From positions 42,301 through 106,300 of IMG/VR virus record IMGVR_UViG_2884152688_000003: 64,000 nucleotides of DNA; one strand, given 5' to 3'. Shown in pieces: positions 59,535 to 64,000 of this stretch; within the stretch, counting starts at the first letter, position 1, and every line of letters starts with the position of its first letter. The DNA is from a virus. Its lineage: Duplodnaviria; Caudoviricetes. The notes beneath the pieces were generated by a model that ran no database searches, had not been told where the DNA came from, and saw nothing but the letters and a program-made list of their open reading frames with translations. The translations under genes were made by a program, and so were the position numbers.

Positions 59535-60351
59535 AATGTTTTTTTGCTCCTATCTTTTCCCTAGCTGTTGGACATATATCTAGATTACTGCATAGATTCT
59601 CACAGAAAAATATATTAACGTTTGGTTTCCAATCTTTTTCTATCCTAGGATCTTTTTCTTTTATGGACTCATATATTTCCTTTACAAAATCTTTAGCCTT
59701 CTGTATATTCTCCTCATTGAACTTAACTTTAACTAATCCTTTTTTATCTTGATTCTCCACTGTATTTCTTTCTTTTAGTGTTCCTCTTTCATTTTTAGTA
59801 TATTTACACATGTCGAAATATAGGTTTCTAACTTCTAATTCTGGATATTTTTCCTGTAAAGCTAGTCCGTAGATTATCAACTGTATCTTTTTTTCCTCTA
59901 ATTCTTTTTTAGAAAACTTTGAAGATGACTTGTAGTCATATATATCTATATATTTGCCATTTATAGTATATAGGTCTATATATCCTCTCATCATTACATG
60001 AGATACTTTTACCTCAAAATATTCTTCTATTTTGAATTCATCGGCATCTATTTTGTTGTAATTACTAAAATATAGCAAATTACATTCTTTAAAGTTCTTC
60101 TTTGAATTAGGCGTAGGAAACTTATAATCTAATATTTCTGTACTATCTAATGCATCCAAGAATTTTTTTTGTGCATCTTCTTTAGTAATATTTTCTTGTT
60201 GAAGTTCTTCTAGTAATCCATGTATCGTAGAACCCATAAATGAATATACATTATCTTTCCTTTCTGCATCTTTAATATACGTTAGATAATATGCATAAGG
60301 ACAAGTTTTAAATGTCGTTAATTTACTATAACTAAATAACTCTCTCTCTAT
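59518..60351 (-). CDS. PD-(D/E)XK Cas4/AddB-like nuclease (probable ATA start at 60351)
   Basis: SYSKL..F..CP N-terminus upstream of the tracked ATG; G.TIH, GYID, DYKS, QLIIY; C-terminal Cys cluster. Confidence 0.85.
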   Translation of the reverse strand: MERELFSYSKLTTFKTCPYAYYLTYIKDAERKDNVYSFMGSTIHGLLEELQQENITKEDAQKKFLDALDSTEILDYKFPTPNSKKNFKECNLLYFSNYNKIDADEFKIEEYFEVKVSHVMMRGYIDLYTINGKYIDIYDYKSSSKFSKKELEEKKIQLIIYGLALQEKYPELEVRNLYFDMCKYTKNERGTLKERNTVENQDKKGLVKVKFNEENIQKAKDFVKEIYESIKEKDPRIEKDWKPNVNIFFCENLCSNLDICPTAREKIGAKKHYGRTR

Positions 60352-60358
60352 GATGTCC

Positions 60359-60610
60359 CTACTCTCTTTCTATATTTGTAATTCCACCCAATTGAGTTAT
60401 ATTTACTTCCTCGAACTCAATCGTTGCATTTTCTATTAAAAAATTTCTTTTTTCTGAAGTGTTCATGTTTTCCCATTTTTCTTCTTCTATTTCAGCTTGG
60501 CAATAACCGTATATATCAGCTTTTATATTTGCCAAATCGCCATAAACCGTAATTTTTTTTGTCATAATTAATTTATAATTTCGCAACAGTTGTCTTTTAA
60601 TTTCTCCCAA
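60359..60610 (-). CDS. Hypothetical protein
   Basis: ORF; the true start is possibly the internal ATG near 60565. Confidence 0.5.
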   Translation of the reverse strand: MGEIKRQLLRNYKLIMTKKITVYGDLANIKADIYGYCQAEIEEEKWENMNTSEKRNFLIENATIEFEEVNITQLGGITNIERE

Positions 60611-61572
60611 ACTTCCAATCCATTATCTGTTGGCGAATCTTTACTACCTTCCTTTAAATATAAATTTTCTCTATCTATCATTATCTTTATTTTAATATTC
60701 ATTCTTTCAGTAAACATAGCTAATTTATTAGCATTTCTCAGAATAACTTCTTCATCAACACCTTCATCAAAACAAATTGTCACACTTTTTGGTGTAAGTT
60801 TCGCTATTTCTTTGCATTGTTCCGTTGAAATCATAGACCCGGATAAAGCTAATGCATTATTATATCCCATAGAATCTAATTGCATCACAAATTTTTCAGC
60901 CTCACCAATATAAATATTTTCAGCACAATATAATTCATTATAATTATTTGAATATCCGTACAGAATATTGCTCTTTTTAAAAGGGATTAATGGCAAGTAT
61001 TTGTATTTTTTATACTCTTCACCATTTCTATTTAGCCTCCCAATTATTCCACATAACTCTCCTTCTGGTGTCCTATGTGGTATAGTTATCCTATTTGTTT
61101 CTTCATCATAGCCTATGTCGAATTTTCGTTGTGTTTCTATACTAATTCCATCTTTTAGAAATTTTGTATTCCAATAATTAGAATACTGTTCTAATATTTC
61201 TTCATCATATACATTTATTTCTATTTTTTCCTTGAATACAATTCCTTCAAAAACTCTAGATACACTCTCATTATTATATTTTTTTAAAAAATCTACTTTT
61301 ATATCTAAGAGTTTCTTTATGTCACTTATGATGTTTGAAAATCTAATGTTTTTATGTTTACTTATTAAAGTGAATATGTCCCCTTTTATGGATCTTGAAA
61401 AATCTATCGCACCTAAACGTTCGTCTAAATATATTACAATCGCTCTAGGGTTAGATTTTTCTTTCAATCCACATCTAATTTCTTTTCCTTCTTTTTTTAT
61501 ATTGAAGTAATTGTAGAACTCCAATACCTTTATTATGTTATCATCTTGAAGTAATGTTTCCTTAATTTGCAT
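60568..61572 (-). CDS. dnaG: DNA primase (TOPRIM)
   Basis: GDIF, RITIP, GIIGR, KY, LYG, IGEAEK and CFD motifs; follows the helicase. Confidence 0.8.
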   Translation of the reverse strand: MQIKETLLQDDNIIKVLEFYNYFNIKKEGKEIRCGLKEKSNPRAIVIYLDERLGAIDFSRSIKGDIFTLISKHKNIRFSNIISDIKKLLDIKVDFLKKYNNESVSRVFEGIVFKEKIEINVYDEEILEQYSNYWNTKFLKDGISIETQRKFDIGYDEETNRITIPHRTPEGELCGIIGRLNRNGEEYKKYKYLPLIPFKKSNILYGYSNNYNELYCAENIYIGEAEKFVMQLDSMGYNNALALSGSMISTEQCKEIAKLTPKSVTICFDEGVDEEVILRNANKLAMFTERMNIKIKIMIDRENLYLKEGSKDSPTDNGLEVWEKLKDNCCEIIN

Positions 61573-63097
61573 TTATATTTTTTCTTTGAGGTTTGCAGAG
61601 ACAAACTTCTCTTAATGTTCCGTTATCTCCCTCAGCTTCTAAAATTACTGCATAATTACCCTGGTGAGAGTTTTTCCCTTCTCTTAATTTGTCTAAGAAT
61701 AGAACTTTATAATTCTTATTTGGATCTAAGTAATATGGGTCGGAGTTATAAACCTCTATTCCTTTCTCATTTACTTCTTTTCTTGCTGTATATGGATTGC
61801 AATAGTATTTTTTATTATCTTCTTGCATTTCTTCTTCATATATATCTCTTATTAAGAATAAGTTTTGACATACTTCTTTAACCTGTTTTGAATTAGATAA
61901 AGCATTTTCATCTAAAAATAATCTACCTTTTGTATGTGGAGCACACTGCATTGTCGCAAACACCTTAACATTGCTAGATTCATATTTATTTGCAAAATCG
62001 GCTAATCTTCTAGAGTCTTCTATTAATCCTATCCAAGCACTTTCTCTCTTGTTGTCGAAATCCATTTTAAATGTGTCATATATAAAAAAAGTACATCCAT
62101 GTTTTAAATGATATTCTCTGAATTTCTTTTCTACGTATTCCATTTTTGCTGTTGGTAAAGCTATGAAGTGTATTTTCCCTTTATACTCTTCATCCCAAAT
62201 TTTTCTAGCCTTTTCAAGCATTTCAATATCTTTATCTGTTAATGCAGACCTACCTTCTTTAAGTTTTTTCTTATTTATATTTTTATATTTCAACTTTTCA
62301 TGTAAAGTCCACATTAAGAAATTATCTAAGAATGGTTTAACACTCTGTTCATTGGAACATATAACTACTTTTTCACCTCTATAGACCATAGCCATAGTCA
62401 GTGGTACAACTAACATAGATTTTCCTACACTTGAGTATCCTGCTAAAACAGAAAATGAACCTTCTATTAATCCGTTAGCCTCATAACTAGTTTTAGGAAA
62501 AGCAATTATATCATTCCCATTTATATCTATCCCACTTATGTCAAAGTGTGTTCCTGTTTCTTGACCTGAAAGTGTACTTTCTATATATTCTTCTGTAAAG
62601 TCAATTACAGTCTCTTTTATTCCTTTATCTATATCAACTATTCCAAAATTATTTACATGATACTCATAAAATTCCTTAATTTCTTGAGAACTCATTTTTT
62701 TAAAAAACTCAAATGGAACTATTTTTGTTCCCTCAAAATCATATTCCTTAAAAAGATCCATCCCCATATCACATAAGGTAAGGTATATATCATTCTTACA
62801 TATCTTATCTATATAATTTAAAAAATTTTGAGTATTTGCAATATCTTCATAGTTTGATAAAACTCTCCACACTTCATTATCTAGAAAATAAGTTCTTTCT
62901 TCCTCTGAAAGTCTACCTTTAACTTCTAATTGGGTGGCAGAGTTATAATTTTCTTTTTTTAATTGTTTCGCTATTCTCCACAAAATGCTATACTCTATCG
63001 ACTTAAAATAAGAGTCCGGTATAGTATAGTCATCGAGCAATGTCAAATCTTTAAATATGCAACATATTGCTTGAGTCTCTGGGAATTCTCTTTCCAT
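61562..63097 (-). CDS. dnaB: DnaB-like replicative helicase
   Basis: Walker A AGYSSVGKS, SNEQ, IYDTFK, TMQ and K.R.G motifs. Confidence 0.85.
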   Translation of the reverse strand: MEREFPETQAICCIFKDLTLLDDYTIPDSYFKSIEYSILWRIAKQLKKENYNSATQLEVKGRLSEEERTYFLDNEVWRVLSNYEDIANTQNFLNYIDKICKNDIYLTLCDMGMDLFKEYDFEGTKIVPFEFFKKMSSQEIKEFYEYHVNNFGIVDIDKGIKETVIDFTEEYIESTLSGQETGTHFDISGIDINGNDIIAFPKTSYEANGLIEGSFSVLAGYSSVGKSMLVVPLTMAMVYRGEKVVICSNEQSVKPFLDNFLMWTLHEKLKYKNINKKKLKEGRSALTDKDIEMLEKARKIWDEEYKGKIHFIALPTAKMEYVEKKFREYHLKHGCTFFIYDTFKMDFDNKRESAWIGLIEDSRRLADFANKYESSNVKVFATMQCAPHTKGRLFLDENALSNSKQVKEVCQNLFLIRDIYEEEMQEDNKKYYCNPYTARKEVNEKGIEVYNSDPYYLDPNKNYKVLFLDKLREGKNSHQGNYAVILEAEGDNGTLREVCLCKPQRKNINAN

Positions 63098-63134
63098 TAA
63101 TATCTTTATTGGGTATTTACTTTTTAAACCTTCA

Positions 63135-63515
63135 CTAAATATTTTTTTCCCTCCATTCTTTTAATGTGTCAAATATCGTCTTCTTTTTTTTAAGAGTTTT
63201 TTTATTAATTCCTCCTAAAAAACTATTTGGTATGTATAAATTTTTGTCTGTTTTTATAATTTCTTTCTTTTTTTTAATTAATTCCATCACATAATAATGT
63301 AATTTTTCTTGATTCTTCTTTATGTTTGGCATTAATAATATAATGTCAAAAGAATATTTTTCTATTATTTCTTCAATTTGTTTTAAAGTGAGTTCTTCTT
63401 TTAGGATTTCCAATTCATGTTCCCAATCGTACTTACTAATTCTTTTAATATCTAACTCACTAAGTATTTTCATTTTTACCTTTTCTTCATTTATCAATTT
63501 ATTCTCCTTTTGCAA
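63135..63515 (-). CDS. Hypothetical protein
   Basis: ORF upstream of the helicase; SD suggests a TTG start at 63497. Confidence 0.5.
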   Translation of the reverse strand: MQKENKLINEEKVKMKILSELDIKRISKYDWEHELEILKEELTLKQIEEIIEKYSFDIILLMPNIKKNQEKLHYYVMELIKKKKEIIKTDKNLYIPNSFLGGINKKTLKKKKTIFDTLKEWREKNI

Positions 63516-63565
63516 GGTACATAAGGGGGGTACCCCCTTAGTTTTGCAAAAAAATATTGGATTTA

Positions 63566-64000
63566 TTATGCTATCCCAATATTTAATTCTTCAACAGCAT
63601 ATTTGATTATTTCTATAGTACGTTCTAATTTTAATCCTGTTAAATTCTTAGTGCCATCTGCATCTAATACTTCCCTTACTTTATTTTTAAAGTCTTCATT
63701 TTTCAAATAATGTTCTTTTATAAATTCAAATCCGTTTTCTTTTGCGAAGATTTCATATTTATCTTTAGCCCTTATTTTTTCCTTTTCTTTTAATTTTTTT
63801 TCTTCATTTTCTTTTAAAGCTTCTTTTTTGTATTTTTCATATTCTTCATCAGAATACTCATCTTCTAAAGAGGCTCTCATGCCTTTTTCTATTATCCCAA
63901 TGAATTCAGAGACACTTTTTCTTCCATCATAAATCATATATTCAGGTATTGAATCTTCAATAAACCTGCAACCTGCATCAACTCTAGTATTTCCTCTAAA
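63566..64000 (-). CDS. C-terminus of a probable AAA/Sak4-like ATP-binding protein, truncated by the window edge
   Basis: Frame open to 64000 (FRGNTRVDAGCRF...PEY); synteny before helicase-primase. Confidence 0.45.
   Translation of the reverse strand, partial: FRGNTRVDAGCRFIEDSIPEYMIYDGRKSVSEFIGIIEKGMRASLEDEYSDEEYEKYKKEALKENEEKKLKEKEKIRAKDKYEIFAKENGFEFIKEHYLKNEDFKNKVREVLDADGTKNLTGLKLERTIEIIKYAVEELNIGIA

Noticed and set aside
59518-60351. CRISPR-Cas system (cas4)
   Set aside because: Solo PD-(D/E)XK nuclease in a replication module; no repeat-spacer array or other cas genes were seen.
51468-63097. Inteins or introns in nrdD, dnaE or the helicase
   Set aside because: Lengths are normal, and no intein termini, LAGLIDADG blocks or group I P/Q/R/S motifs were seen.

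Overview
The whole 64 kb window is one large, AT-rich, SPbeta-like siphophage or prophage of a low-GC Firmicute (Clostridia-like). No host-chromosome boundary is visible. The + strand (1-42100) carries the late operon: terminase, portal, capsid, tail tube, Dit, tape measure, tail fibres, holins and endolysins. It is followed by a small-RNA/toxin island, a tyrosine recombinase and an S8 protease. The - strand (42134-64000) carries an integrase and a replication/nucleotide module: RuvC, ATP-dependent ligase, C5 methylase, NrdDG, DnaE, dUTPase, RtcB, Cas4-like nuclease, primase and helicase. Main observations: (1) Two IStrons (group I intron fused to an IS200/IS605 element) interrupt tail genes at 14455-16609 and 18870-20764. 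Both sit behind TTAT and end in TCAG, and removing them restores in-frame genes, including a 2756-aa tape measure. They share the ribozyme but carry different TnpB types, and show long-range pairing that competes with the right-end/omegaRNA hairpin. (2) An unannotated island at 39140-40090 holds two Fst-type type I toxin-antitoxin modules, an orphan sRNA and NrdR-box-like operators. (3) Several key enzymes appear to start at ATA/ATT/CTG. (4) A 108-bp identical block joins two different receptor-binding domains. All calls come from reading the sequence; no searches were run.
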